This document shows positions 38,697-48,609 of a stretch of DNA of 64,000 bases, in pieces; the stretch's first letter is position 1, and each line of letters opens with the position of its first letter. This DNA comes from a virus, in IMG/VR virus record IMGVR_UViG_3300012036_000005, positions 1 through 64,000 of that record, one strand, 5' to 3'. The notes beneath the pieces were generated by a model, which was not told the origin of the DNA, did not search any database, and worked only from the letters and a program-made list of their open reading frames with translations. Both the position numbers and the translations under genes were made by a program.

Positions 38697-39269
38697 ATGC
38701 AAAATTTTCAACGAATACTAACTGACGTAGACGGTGTTTTATTAGAGTGGGAATCTGCTTTCCACGCATGGATGAAAGAAAAAGGATATAATCAGTTAGA
38801 AGACCCGGAAGTTTCTTATCATCTAGACAGCTATTACAATTTAGATTCTTTGCGCGTAAAGGAATTGATATCACAATTTAATGAAAGTGCATGGATTGGT
38901 TATTTAAAACCATTGAGAGATAGTGTCAATGTTGTTCAAGAAATATACATTGAACATCATCATTTTGAAGCTATAACTTCTTTATCACTTGATCATTGGG
39001 CAGGTGAGCTAAGAAGAAGAAATCTTGAAAGATGGTTTGGACCTGCCGTAAGAAGATGTCGGTGTATTGGAACCGGGGCCGACAAAGATGACATCTTAAA
39101 AGAATATGAACCAAGCTGGTGGATTGAAGATAAACCAGAAAATTGTGATGCAGGGCTAAAAGCTGGACATCGCCCAATATTAATGGATCACGAACATAAC
39201 CGTTGGTACAGCAACCCCAATGTTATAAGAGTTAAAAATTGGAAAGAAATAAAGGAAATCGTTTTATGA
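38697..39269 (+). CDS. HAD-family 5'-nucleotidase (T4 30.2-like)
   Basis: DVDGVL.EW, ITSL, GADKD, WIEDKPEN. Confidence 0.85.
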   Translation: MQNFQRILTDVDGVLLEWESAFHAWMKEKGYNQLEDPEVSYHLDSYYNLDSLRVKELISQFNESAWIGYLKPLRDSVNVVQEIYIEHHHFEAITSLSLDHWAGELRRRNLERWFGPAVRRCRCIGTGADKDDILKEYEPSWWIEDKPENCDAGLKAGHRPILMDHEHNRWYSNPNVIRVKNWKEIKEIVL

Positions 39270-39442
39270 CTACACATGAAGAAATAGTACAAGCATTCAA
39301 TAATTATTTGTTTGAAGTTCAATCATTTGAAGATAAGAATGTAAAGGCAGCAGCAGCTAGAGCAAGAAAAGCACTTGGTGATCTTGGTAAGTTGTCTAAG
39401 AATAGAAGAGCAGAAATCCAAGAACGAAAGAATGGTATGTAA
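39266..39442 (+). CDS. Histone H1-like (Hc1-like) protein
   Basis: KAAAARARKAL..L.KL.K.RR.EIQ. Confidence 0.75.
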   Translation: MTTHEEIVQAFNNYLFEVQSFEDKNVKAAAARARKALGDLGKLSKNRRAEIQERKNGM

Positions 39443-39744
39443 TGACAACAAATGTCGGTTTTGAAGTAGAAGATATGCATCTTTATTCGAAGAATTGATA
39501 AAAAATCAAATTATTAGTTTTTCAAAAAATAAAATGTCTTCACCTAATGTTTATAAAACTAATTTTTCATTAACTGGTGTTTTTATTTCTGAAGTCAGTT
39601 ATCATGACAACGGAGATATAAAGAGTGTAAAACTCAGAGTTGATCAGGTTACTTAAAGATCAAACTAAATAATAGTAGGGAACGCGGTTGTTCCCTACTA
39701 CAAAAAGTCCACAAGGATGTGGCAGAACATAAAGGAGCCAAACA

Positions 39745-40500
39745 ATGGCTAAATTACCAAATCCCTTTCCGAGAATCTCGACCACTACGGTCACTACAAC
39801 TAAAACAAAGAACGAAAAGATCACAAATGGTGTTTCTGCAGGTTATAACGGAACACTTATCGCTTTCGTCTTAGACGAATCCGGGTCTATGAACAACGCA
39901 TGGGATTCTACTATAGAAGGATTCAATGGCTTTGTCTCAGGACAAAAGAAGACTGAAGGCGAGGCTAAGCTAATGGTGAATAAGTTTGAAGGTGGTAACA
40001 TCGTTGACTTGTGGGGAATGAAGGATATCAATTCTGCTCCTCCGTTGAGTGTTGATAATTATCGTCCATCTGGCGGAACTAATCTTAATGATGCTATAGG
40101 CCAGACGATAGAAGAGATTGACGCGCATCTTAAGACAATGAAAAAGAAAGAGCGTCCAGCTGTGATGATAGTTATCATGACAGATGGTTATGAGAACCAG
40201 AGTCGCAATTACAAAACAGAAGAGATAAAAGAGTTGATCAAGCTGCGCGAAAAGAAAGACTGGGGGTTCACTTTCATTGGTGCTGATGTTGATGCGTTTG
40301 CAGCAAGTTCAAACTATGGTATGAACGCAAACAACACCATGCAATACAGCAAGAGATCAACCTCTGAAGCTTTTGCAAGCATGAGTGCATCAACTACCCG
40401 TTTCCGTTTAGCAAAGTCAATAGGTATGGATACTCAAGGATATTATGCATCTGGTGTTTTTACAGACGAAGAACGTAACAAAAGTAATGGCGGTGAATAA
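39745..40500 (+). CDS. von Willebrand factor A domain protein
   Basis: MIDAS DESGSM, GGT.L.DAIG, MTDGYEN.S, W.F.FIGA. Confidence 0.9.
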   Translation: MAKLPNPFPRISTTTVTTTKTKNEKITNGVSAGYNGTLIAFVLDESGSMNNAWDSTIEGFNGFVSGQKKTEGEAKLMVNKFEGGNIVDLWGMKDINSAPPLSVDNYRPSGGTNLNDAIGQTIEEIDAHLKTMKKKERPAVMIVIMTDGYENQSRNYKTEEIKELIKLREKKDWGFTFIGADVDAFAASSNYGMNANNTMQYSKRSTSEAFASMSASTTRFRLAKSIGMDTQGYYASGVFTDEERNKSNGGE

Positions 40501-41204
40501 TGTTTGATTACACTCATCAATATAGTGCTCGGATAGTTATAAATGATAAAACTGAAGCAGATGAATATTATCATACAGACGGTAATACTTATGTCGAAGC
40601 CCGAAAAAACTCGGAATATTCGTTAGAACTAGCCAATAACTCAACTGAAGTAGTATTAATGGTTCCTGCTATTGATGGTCTTTCGGTTATTGACGGTCAA
40701 CCTGCTGGATTAAGTTCTCCAGGATATATTGTTAAACCTAATTCAAGTATGCAAATAACAGGTTGGCTTAAAAATAATAAAGAAGTTGCTCGTTTTGTAT
40801 TTTGGGATAAGGATAAATCTTATTCAAACATGACTGGAAGAGGAACAGAAAATACTGGTGTAATTGGTATTTTAATATTTCGTGAGAAACCATTAGATAT
40901 TACCTTTCCTAAATACGTTGGATGGACTGCTTCTGCTTCTGCTTCTGCTAATACGCAGTTAAGAGCTTCGTCGGTATCAAATTCTGTTAATGATACAGGT
41001 ACAGGACACGGAAGACTTGAGGAGTTTCATACAAATCAAACTTTCTTTGAAAAACGTGATCCAAATCATCCGGATTCTCAAATTGTATTGTATTATGATA
41101 CAAGCAAAGGATTGGAAAGACGCGGAATAACTTTGAGATATAAGAGCACATATGCTCCGGATCCTTTTCCATCTTCTCCTGGTTATATCAAAAAAAGTCG
41201 TTGA
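40500..41204 (+). CDS. Conserved hypothetical protein coupled to vWA
   Basis: YVEA....EY, IDGL.VIDG, GY, I.GW, F.F, N.GVIG...F.E, GTG.G. Confidence 0.75.
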   Translation: MFDYTHQYSARIVINDKTEADEYYHTDGNTYVEARKNSEYSLELANNSTEVVLMVPAIDGLSVIDGQPAGLSSPGYIVKPNSSMQITGWLKNNKEVARFVFWDKDKSYSNMTGRGTENTGVIGILIFREKPLDITFPKYVGWTASASASANTQLRASSVSNSVNDTGTGHGRLEEFHTNQTFFEKRDPNHPDSQIVLYYDTSKGLERRGITLRYKSTYAPDPFPSSPGYIKKSR

Positions 41205-41266
41205 CAACTATCATATTTTTGTATAGTATATAAAAATATACAACAACACGTACAAAGGATATACAA

Positions 41267-41539
41267 ATGGCAAAAGGCAAAGGTTCAAAAGGCACAACTT
41301 ATGTGTCTAAAGGTGAAATTGGGTACGACCGGCGCGCCTCTAAGGAATTGCGTCGAGAATTTGTAGCAAGTGGTGATCGTGCTATCGCACAGCGAGAAGC
41401 ATGGAAGAAGGGAAAGCGAGTAATGTTGCTGGTTCCTAATTCTGACGGTGCAAATACCCGTGAGCGCTTTGTCCGAGTAGAAGCCCAAACTATTTGGGGT
41501 GATCCACGCGGCCGTCGAGGAGATAAGAAGGCAGCTTAA
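41267..41539 (+). CDS. Conserved basic T4-like phage protein
   Basis: YVSKGE, AWKKGK.V...VPN....T...F.RV; promoter at 41201, terminator at ~41547-41575. Confidence 0.75.
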   Translation: MAKGKGSKGTTYVSKGEIGYDRRASKELRREFVASGDRAIAQREAWKKGKRVMLLVPNSDGANTRERFVRVEAQTIWGDPRGRRGDKKAA

Positions 41540-41681
41540 CCTATTTGATAGGGCAGAGAATATCTCTGCCCTATCTTTCTCTCTATAAGAAATCCAAAAA
41601 ATAATTTAAAAGTATTTACAAATCCTCTTAACTTGTGTATAATTTAAACAGTTAAAACACACACACAACAAAGAGGTTAAC

Positions 41682-42218
41682 ATGAAAAAGATTCTGTTTG
41701 CGGCAACTTTCTTGTTGTCTTTTTCGTCTGTTAGTAATGCTTCAACACTTGGAAATCCTACTGGCTATGGTAAACCTCCTCCAGGACGTGACGAGAGTCA
41801 AATTGAATGCCTTGCGTTTAATATCTATCACGAAGCACGTGGAGAAAACCTTGCTGGAAAATTTGCGGTAGCAGACGTAACACTCAACCGAACACGAGAC
41901 AAAAGATTTCCGGATACTATTTGTGATGTAGTTAAGCAAGGTAGTTTAAAATATCGAAAAGCTGACCACTCACCTAAAATCAACGTGTGTCAATTTAGTT
42001 GGTGGTGTGATGGTAAAAGTGACGAACCGTTAGACGAAGAACTTTGGGCAATTTCACTTGATATTGCTTATAAGATTGGATGGGGCCAAAGTTTCCGCGG
42101 TATTACAGAAGGTGCTACTCATTATCATGCAACTTATGTAGATCCGGCATGGTCTAAGGATTTCTATATCGTTGGACGAATTGGTAATCATATTTTCTAT
42201 CGTTGGGATCTTGATTAA
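41682..42218 (+). CDS. SleB-like cell wall hydrolase (Hydrolase_2)
   Basis: CLA.NIYHEARGE, V.LNR, FP.TIC.VV.Q, CQFSW.CDG, GATHYHA.YV.P.W, IG.HIFY. Confidence 0.95.
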   Translation: MKKILFAATFLLSFSSVSNASTLGNPTGYGKPPPGRDESQIECLAFNIYHEARGENLAGKFAVADVTLNRTRDKRFPDTICDVVKQGSLKYRKADHSPKINVCQFSWWCDGKSDEPLDEELWAISLDIAYKIGWGQSFRGITEGATHYHATYVDPAWSKDFYIVGRIGNHIFYRWDLD

Positions 42219-42235
42219 ATCCAACTAAATACTGT

Positions 42236-43714
42236 ATGGGATTAGCAATACTCGTACTTATAACAGCATTGGCAATCAGTTCTGTTGCTATTTACTATTC
42301 AGTAGCAGGATTGGTTGCTATTTTTGCGGCGGCATCTATACCTATTGTAATAATGGGCGGAACACTTGAGATAGCTAAATTGATTACAGCAGTTTGGCTA
42401 CACAAATATTGGAATAGAACAACTTGGTGGTTAAAGGGATATCTCTCTATTGCTATTGTTGTACTCATGCTCATTACTAGCATGGGTATCTTTGGGTTTT
42501 TATCCAAAGCCCACATAGAACAAACTTCAGCAAGTTTTGAGAGTGAAGCACAAATAGAAAGATTGAATTCTGAGATCACGCGCCAACAAAATATAATAGA
42601 GAGATCAGATCAACGCATTAAACAAGTTGAATCTTCAGGATCAGGCGGTGACGCAAATCTACAACAACAAATTGATAAAGAACAACAACGTATAGATTCG
42701 GCATATAATCGAGTACAACAAGCAGAACTGAATATAGCAACTCGGTTAGAACCGTTTAAGACAGAGTTAACAGAAATAAATTCCTCATTACAAGATTTAG
42801 ATAACGCAGTTACAAATGGTGATATTCGTAGAGCACAAGGAATAGTTGGTGCATCACAAGATGGTCAATTAGGTCCAAAAACTTCAACTAATATACAAAA
42901 CTTTCGAAACGAAAAACAAGAGCGTAGAGAACAACTCTTAAATCAAATTGAAGAAATAAGAAATTCAAACGAAGGAGTTTCTATAGCTAGACAACAAATA
43001 AAAGATGGTAATGAACTTATTAATCGATTAAGATCACAACTTGGAAAAGGCACTACACAAGATATTGATACAATAGTAGACGAACAACAAGAACGTATCA
43101 AACAAGCTAATATTGAATTAGACATATTAAACGAAGAAAAATTTACAATTGAATCAACATACCGAAAATTAGAAGCAGAAGTTGGTCCAATTAAGTACAT
43201 AGCAGAATTTGTATTTGAAGATACTGCTAAGGCTACTCTTGAAAATGCTGTTCGTTGGATGATAGTAATTATTATCTTTGTATTTGATCCTTTAGCAGTT
43301 CTATTGTTGATAGCTAGCCAATATACTTTTCGTTATTGGAGAGAAGATCATCCAATAACGGCACAAGTAGTAAAAGAAAATATTTTCAGTATTCTTCCTG
43401 GACCTATATCAAATACGTTTGCTATAAGAGATAGAGAAGAAAGTGAAAAGTTTCAAAAAGAACAAAGAAGGTTGTGGAGAGAAAGGTTAGAAAGAACTGA
43501 CGCAGTTACATTAACTGAAGAAGAAAAAGATAGAGCTGCTCGATTTGAAGTATTAGAACAAGATTTAACTATGAAAGAAGCAAAATCTCGCTGGAAAGAC
43601 AAAAATCCAGACGAAACACTAAAAGAATATAAGAACGCATATATACGTGGTCATATTGACAAATTACCATGGGAAGATTATGTCGAAGATTCTACTGATA
43701 ACAGCACCGGATAG
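42236..43714 (+). CDS. Membrane-anchored coiled-coil protein
   Basis: YYSV.GL, LE..K, ITSMGIFGFLSKAH, EVGPIKY.A, VFDPLAV. Confidence 0.8.
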   Translation: MGLAILVLITALAISSVAIYYSVAGLVAIFAAASIPIVIMGGTLEIAKLITAVWLHKYWNRTTWWLKGYLSIAIVVLMLITSMGIFGFLSKAHIEQTSASFESEAQIERLNSEITRQQNIIERSDQRIKQVESSGSGGDANLQQQIDKEQQRIDSAYNRVQQAELNIATRLEPFKTELTEINSSLQDLDNAVTNGDIRRAQGIVGASQDGQLGPKTSTNIQNFRNEKQERREQLLNQIEEIRNSNEGVSIARQQIKDGNELINRLRSQLGKGTTQDIDTIVDEQQERIKQANIELDILNEEKFTIESTYRKLEAEVGPIKYIAEFVFEDTAKATLENAVRWMIVIIIFVFDPLAVLLLIASQYTFRYWREDHPITAQVVKENIFSILPGPISNTFAIRDREESEKFQKEQRRLWRERLERTDAVTLTEEEKDRAARFEVLEQDLTMKEAKSRWKDKNPDETLKEYKNAYIRGHIDKLPWEDYVEDSTDNSTG

Positions 43715-44072
43715 AATATACAATTTTGATCCAAGTTTTTTATTGATTAATCCATCAGAAAAAGCAAAACAAGAATTTCAAAACATATTAGCTAATGACA
43801 AACAAGGAGTAAGAATATATCTTTATCAAAACAATGATGATATTGATTGGTTACTTAGTGTTTTTAACGAAGTAGACTATGTATATTTAGATTTAGATAA
43901 TTCCAATAATGAAATTAAAAATTTATCTTCATTTTTTATTGCACATAGTAAGACTTACTGGTTGACAAAAGGCGAGTATAGAGAATATAATAAACTTAGC
44001 GTGAACAGAACATATGACATGTCCTGGGCATGGGATAAAATAAAAGGAGAAGGTATCCCTAATGAAGAATAA
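43680..44072 (+). CDS. Hypothetical protein
   Basis: LITAPD...; likely start MSKILL. Confidence 0.65.
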   Translation: MSKILLITAPDRIYNFDPSFLLINPSEKAKQEFQNILANDKQGVRIYLYQNNDDIDWLLSVFNEVDYVYLDLDNSNNEIKNLSSFFIAHSKTYWLTKGEYREYNKLSVNRTYDMSWAWDKIKGEGIPNEE

Positions 44073-44295
44073 CCAACCGAGGCCTGTTGTTGGCCTCGCA
44101 GTCGAAGTACGCAACGGCGATGTCGGTAAGGCACTCGCAAAGTTTAAGAAGAAGGTAACTAATGACGGAATCTTGCAAGAGTACAAGGAACGTCAATTTT
44201 ATACAAAACCTTCTGAAAAGCGCAAGCGTGAAAAAGCAGCCGGTCGATCAAGATGGCTGAAAGAACAAGCAAAAGAACGAGCAAAATGGGGATAA
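44062..44295 (+). CDS. rpsU: Ribosomal protein bS21
   Basis: V.V....V.KAL..FKK.V...GIL.E...R.FY.KPS..RKR...A. Confidence 0.9.
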   Translation: MKNNQPRPVVGLAVEVRNGDVGKALAKFKKKVTNDGILQEYKERQFYTKPSEKRKREKAAGRSRWLKEQAKERAKWG

Positions 44296-44397
44296 CAGAG
44301 ATAAATATTTCTTGACAACTATGGCAAAAAATGCTATATTGTTAATGTAGTGCTTTTTAAAGGCTACAGAGATCTTGCTTATGAAAGGAGAACTAGA

Positions 44398-44823
44398 ATG
44401 AATACAAGATTAGACTTACCATTACTTGCACGAGGATCGATCGGACTTGATCGACTATTTGGAGAAGCTGAGAAAACTTTTCAAAACTCGTTGTCTAATG
44501 GTTTCCCTCCGTATAACATTGTCTTAAAGGACGAGAATACATATGTGGTAACCTTAGCAGTTGCAGGATTTTCAAATGAAAATATTGAAATCATGCAAGA
44601 GAGAAATAAACTTCGTGTAATGGGTACTGCCCCAGAAATGGGAGATGTTACCTATTTGCACAAGGGAATCGCAGCGCGTTCTTTCACGCGTGAGTTTGCG
44701 TTAGATAACCATGTGCATGTTGAAGATGCAACTCTTGAGAACGGAATGCTTACCATAATGTTGGTTCGTGAAGTTCCAGAGGAACTGCAACCTAAAAAGA
44801 TCGCTATATCAAAGCGTTCTTAA
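44398..44823 (+). CDS. Small heat-shock protein Hsp20 (IbpA-like)
   Basis: FPPYNI, LAVAGF, YLHKGIA.R.F.R.F.L, A.L.NGML.I; promoter at 44312. Confidence 0.95.
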   Translation: MNTRLDLPLLARGSIGLDRLFGEAEKTFQNSLSNGFPPYNIVLKDENTYVVTLAVAGFSNENIEIMQERNKLRVMGTAPEMGDVTYLHKGIAARSFTREFALDNHVHVEDATLENGMLTIMLVREVPEELQPKKIAISKRS

Positions 44824-44879
44824 AGTTGAAAACAGAGTGGGGACAGAGTGTCCCCACTCACTTTATAAGAGAGGTAACA

Positions 44880-45206
44880 ATGTCAGATTCAGAACTTGAA
44901 ATTACTATTGAAATTGATAATATAGTTGACGAAAGCGTTGATGAAATTGTCAATGAACCCGGCCGTTATAAAGTTATCTTTTTAAATGATAACGTTACTC
45001 CCATGGAATGGGTAGTAGATTTGCTAACTAGGGTATTTAAACATAAGGTTGAAAGAGCAGCCGAATTAACTATGGAAATTCATACTGAAGAATCAGCCGT
45101 GGTTGGAATATTTAATTATGAAGTAGCAGAACAAAAGGCTTTTGAAACTGTAAGGCAGAGTCGTGATAACGGATTTCCATTACAGGTCAAGGTCGAAGAA
45201 GAATAA
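44880..45206 (+). CDS. clpS: ATP-dependent Clp protease adaptor ClpS
   Basis: P..YKVIFLND..TPMEWV, IH.E..AVVG...E.AE.K, FPL...EE. Confidence 0.95.
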   Translation: MSDSELEITIEIDNIVDESVDEIVNEPGRYKVIFLNDNVTPMEWVVDLLTRVFKHKVERAAELTMEIHTEESAVVGIFNYEVAEQKAFETVRQSRDNGFPLQVKVEEE

Positions 45207-45220
45207 TTATAAGTAGCTTT

Positions 45221-45763
45221 ATGAACAATTTAAAGCAACTTACATATGAACATCACCGAAATGCAGAAAGACAAGAGTTTGTAAAAGAACTAATGTCAGG
45301 ATCAATCGACCCTGACAGATATGCTACATATCTTTTCAATCAACATGCTTGTTATAACGTATTAGAAAGCATAGCTTATCTTTATGATCTTTTTTCAGAA
45401 ATACCAGAAGTACCTAGATCAAAATTAATTTGGGAAGATTTTAATGAACTCTGGGGAGAACGCCCAGAGTCTCCCCAACCTCTACCCACAACTGGCAGGT
45501 ATTTAGAACATCTCAAGTCTATTATGGATGATCCGGAAAAAATACTTGCCCATGTCTATGTTAGACACATGGGTGATTTGTCAGGTGGCCAAATGATTTC
45601 TCGAAAGGTTCCTGGACAGGGTAATTTTTATAAATTTAGTGGTGATATAGAGGATATTAAGACTCGTTTCAGAACTTTACTTCATGATGGAATAGCCGAT
45701 GAAAGTAAGATATGTTTTGAATTTGCCACTAATTTATTTAAGGATATGTCGGAGTTAAAATGA
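45221..45763 (+). CDS. hemO: Heme oxygenase (HemO/HO1-like)
   Basis: LK..T...H..AE, AH.YVRHMGDLSGGQ. Confidence 0.95.
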   Translation: MNNLKQLTYEHHRNAERQEFVKELMSGSIDPDRYATYLFNQHACYNVLESIAYLYDLFSEIPEVPRSKLIWEDFNELWGERPESPQPLPTTGRYLEHLKSIMDDPEKILAHVYVRHMGDLSGGQMISRKVPGQGNFYKFSGDIEDIKTRFRTLLHDGIADESKICFEFATNLFKDMSELK

Positions 45764-46452
45764 CCACAGTATGGAATAAATTAGAATTATGCAAGGGTAA
45801 AATGATACACACTCTTGACAAATACCTTACAAGATATCATGAATCTAAATTAGAGAAATTTAATCAACCAGAAAATGGATGGTTAAATCTAACATGGAAG
45901 AGTAAAGATGTTAGGCGAGCACACATTGATGTGGTAGATGCTCGTGAAAAAAGGGGATTGTGGATGATGCACGTTTGCATCTTTCCTGATCTCACAAATG
46001 ATTCTCCTATATACGGATTTGACGTTATAGCCGGAAAAAATAAGATAACAGGAGCCTTTCACGATTTCTCGGTATCAAGTGGTGAAGAAGAACATCCTCT
46101 TGTAGCTTGGTATAAAGATCAAGTAGAAGACTTTATACCTAGTAAGAAAAGAGAATTACCCGAATGGGCTACTAATATTTTTACTGAATCGATGATAGCA
46201 GCAGGTAATGTTACATCCGAAGAAGAGATTGACAAGATACTGGAGTTAGCTAATAATAATTTAATAGTGTATTTAGAAAGCTTGCCCGAGTTTACAGGAA
46301 ATGGCAATTCTGAAATTACATTAGGTTGTCAAAATTATTATTCTGATAATCAACAAAAAAACCCTCATACACCTAAAGTAATGAAAGCATTGGGTCTCGA
46401 TGATAAAGATGTTGAAACTTTTTGCAAAGACGTACTTTTTCCTATAGTATAA
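45760..46452 (+). CDS. pcyX: Ferredoxin-dependent bilin reductase, PcyX/PcyA-like
   Basis: RRAHIDVVD, MMHVC.FP, PIYGFDV, GAFHDFS, RELPEWA..IF, QN.Y...Q.KNPHT; ATGA-coupled to hemO. Confidence 0.85.
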   Translation: MTTVWNKLELCKGKMIHTLDKYLTRYHESKLEKFNQPENGWLNLTWKSKDVRRAHIDVVDAREKRGLWMMHVCIFPDLTNDSPIYGFDVIAGKNKITGAFHDFSVSSGEEEHPLVAWYKDQVEDFIPSKKRELPEWATNIFTESMIAAGNVTSEEEIDKILELANNNLIVYLESLPEFTGNGNSEITLGCQNYYSDNQQKNPHTPKVMKALGLDDKDVETFCKDVLFPIV

Positions 46453-46481
46453 AACTATAGAGTTGAAAAAAGGAGATACCT

Positions 46482-47807
46482 ATGCAGCATTTTGGTGTGC
46501 ATAGTAACGAAATCAATCAATTGCTATATGGATTTAACGGACCTCAAAAAAGACAATTAAAAAAATTATTCCTAAAACTTGCAAAGACACGTTTTAAAGA
46601 AGGACAAGAACAGTCATTTGAAGATGAAAAAGCTTTTATTGAAAGCTTTAAAATCTTAATTGAGAAACTTGCAGCCAAAGCAACAGGAACACTAGAAGCA
46701 ATCGAAGCTCAGTACCAAGAACAGTTTACAGAAGAACCAGACACTAAGATAAAAGGTGTATTAGGCAGAACTATGCCAGCAGCACCTGAATATACTCAAA
46801 TTGAAAAAGCTGTACAAGATACTCTCCGTAGTGTTTTCTTTAATGCAGCTTTTGGTTCTAATACATTAGATGAACAAAGAGAAGATAGAACATTACTAAC
46901 TGATTTCTTAGCAGCATGTGAAGATGGAATATTAGAATTAGGACCTCTCATAGACAAGAAATCAGGTAATATACTCGAAGAATTTCGTAAGACCAAATAT
47001 GCCAAGTTAGAACCGTTTGTTAATGAATTACTTCAAAAGGTTCCAAGCGGATCTGGTGCAGGCAGTTGGGGTCCTGCAGAATTAGGATTATCAATTGTTG
47101 GTACCCCTGTTAAGAAAGCAGATAAAGGTGATTTGTGCCTAGGCGACGGACGTAAGATTGAACTTAAGGCAAGTCGTGATCCAAAATCCGGAGCAAGAAT
47201 TAATACTCCTGCTATAGGCAGTGGACGATCAGGTGAATCTAATTATACAAAAGCATGGAATAAATTTACCAAAGACTTTGGATTTTCTTATAAGAAAACC
47301 AGTAGATCAAGAGCAGTATTGTACGCCCATGATTTTATTAAAGGAAAGAAATTAATACCTGGTCACCGTTCTATAACATTTACAAATTTTGGACCCACTG
47401 TGATTAACAAGGTATTAAATCCGGCTATAATTCTACACGATCCAACTAGAAACGAAATAAAAGAGTTTTTAACTGATGTGGCATTATCTTCTGTTTTAGA
47501 AGAATACAAACCATTAGGTCGTAAGTTATTTAGAGCAGCTAAAGTAGTTAAAAGAAACAAGACAATAGATGGTGCTGCTTTCGTAGCAGAATATCTTCAT
47601 ATGTTACTTTCATTCTATGCTTTAACAGATGAAATAGAAGAAATAGTTATAATTAATCCAATCTCTGGAAATTACGAAGTTGTTGATGCAACTGACACAG
47701 ATACATTAAAAGACAAATTAGAATCAGGTGAAATAATATTAGGATCAACATATATTGACTTTTCGGATTCTCAAAGCAAGGCGTCTCCTCAATTAGGAAT
47801 ATATTGA
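46482..47807 (+). CDS. Hypothetical protein with putative PD-(D/E)XK nuclease-like motif
   Basis: GPAE.GL...KGDL...IELKAS. Confidence 0.5.
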   Translation: MQHFGVHSNEINQLLYGFNGPQKRQLKKLFLKLAKTRFKEGQEQSFEDEKAFIESFKILIEKLAAKATGTLEAIEAQYQEQFTEEPDTKIKGVLGRTMPAAPEYTQIEKAVQDTLRSVFFNAAFGSNTLDEQREDRTLLTDFLAACEDGILELGPLIDKKSGNILEEFRKTKYAKLEPFVNELLQKVPSGSGAGSWGPAELGLSIVGTPVKKADKGDLCLGDGRKIELKASRDPKSGARINTPAIGSGRSGESNYTKAWNKFTKDFGFSYKKTSRSRAVLYAHDFIKGKKLIPGHRSITFTNFGPTVINKVLNPAIILHDPTRNEIKEFLTDVALSSVLEEYKPLGRKLFRAAKVVKRNKTIDGAAFVAEYLHMLLSFYALTDEIEEIVIINPISGNYEVVDATDTDTLKDKLESGEIILGSTYIDFSDSQSKASPQLGIY

Positions 47808-47911
47808 GGTTGACAGACTTTGATAATCTTGCTATATTAATAATAGGGTTGCACCTTAATATGCACGCAAAGGCCACGGTTAGCCTTTAACATATTTTAT
47901 AGGAGAAATAA

Positions 47912-48178
47912 ATGGTCAAAGAAAAAGTTTTTATATGTAACTGCCATTCACCCGAACACCAAATTATTGTTAGTTATTTTAAAGAAGATCCAAAAGATCC
48001 ATTTATATATGTACAACCAAGATTGAATCATTTTCATCCTCTTTGGAAAAGAATTCTTTTCGCATTTGGATATGTTTTTAAAAGTCACGAAGCTAGATAC
48101 GATGAGGTTATTTTAAATAAAGAGAAGATGATAGAACTTAGAGATTTAATCGATAAAAAACTTGACGAGTTAAATTGA
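47912..48178 (+). CDS. Hypothetical protein
   Basis: CNCHSPEH, WKRI..A..Y.F; AGGAG; promoter at 47810. Confidence 0.7.
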   Translation: MVKEKVFICNCHSPEHQIIVSYFKEDPKDPFIYVQPRLNHFHPLWKRILFAFGYVFKSHEARYDEVILNKEKMIELRDLIDKKLDELN

Positions 48179-48233
48179 TAATGCTAAATTAAAAACAAGC
48201 AATATTGCTTATAAAATTTTAGGAGTATTTTAT

Positions 48234-48479
48234 ATGGCTCGTTTGACTAAAATCGAAGTTAAAAATATTAGAGATGCTGCTCCAGAAGTTCCCCCGGAGA
48301 CTTGCCCAAATATTGACTTTGTTATTGATCGACTTGATGATTTTAAATTTCCTACTGAATCAGATCAACAACGTCAAGAAATGATTGTAGCTGTAATGGA
48401 ATATATTCGAGTTGCAAATGACACTCTTCGTCAATCTTCTTATTATTGGTATCAAGAATGGAATAAACTTGTTAAGTAA
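48234..48479 (+). CDS. Hypothetical protein
   Basis: AP.VP..TCP.ID, EYIR..N..LR; promoter at 48162. Confidence 0.7.
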   Translation: MARLTKIEVKNIRDAAPEVPPETCPNIDFVIDRLDDFKFPTESDQQRQEMIVAVMEYIRVANDTLRQSSYYWYQEWNKLVK

Positions 48480-48609
48480 AGATTGAGATTATATGCCCGA
48501 ATCCCAAAGATATTGTCATTTTGCACTAGTGCATAGCATTAAGAAAAAAAAAGAAAATGGCATAAGCTCGCTAAGACATATAATCAATAGTTCAGTGGAC
48601 AAAAAAGGG

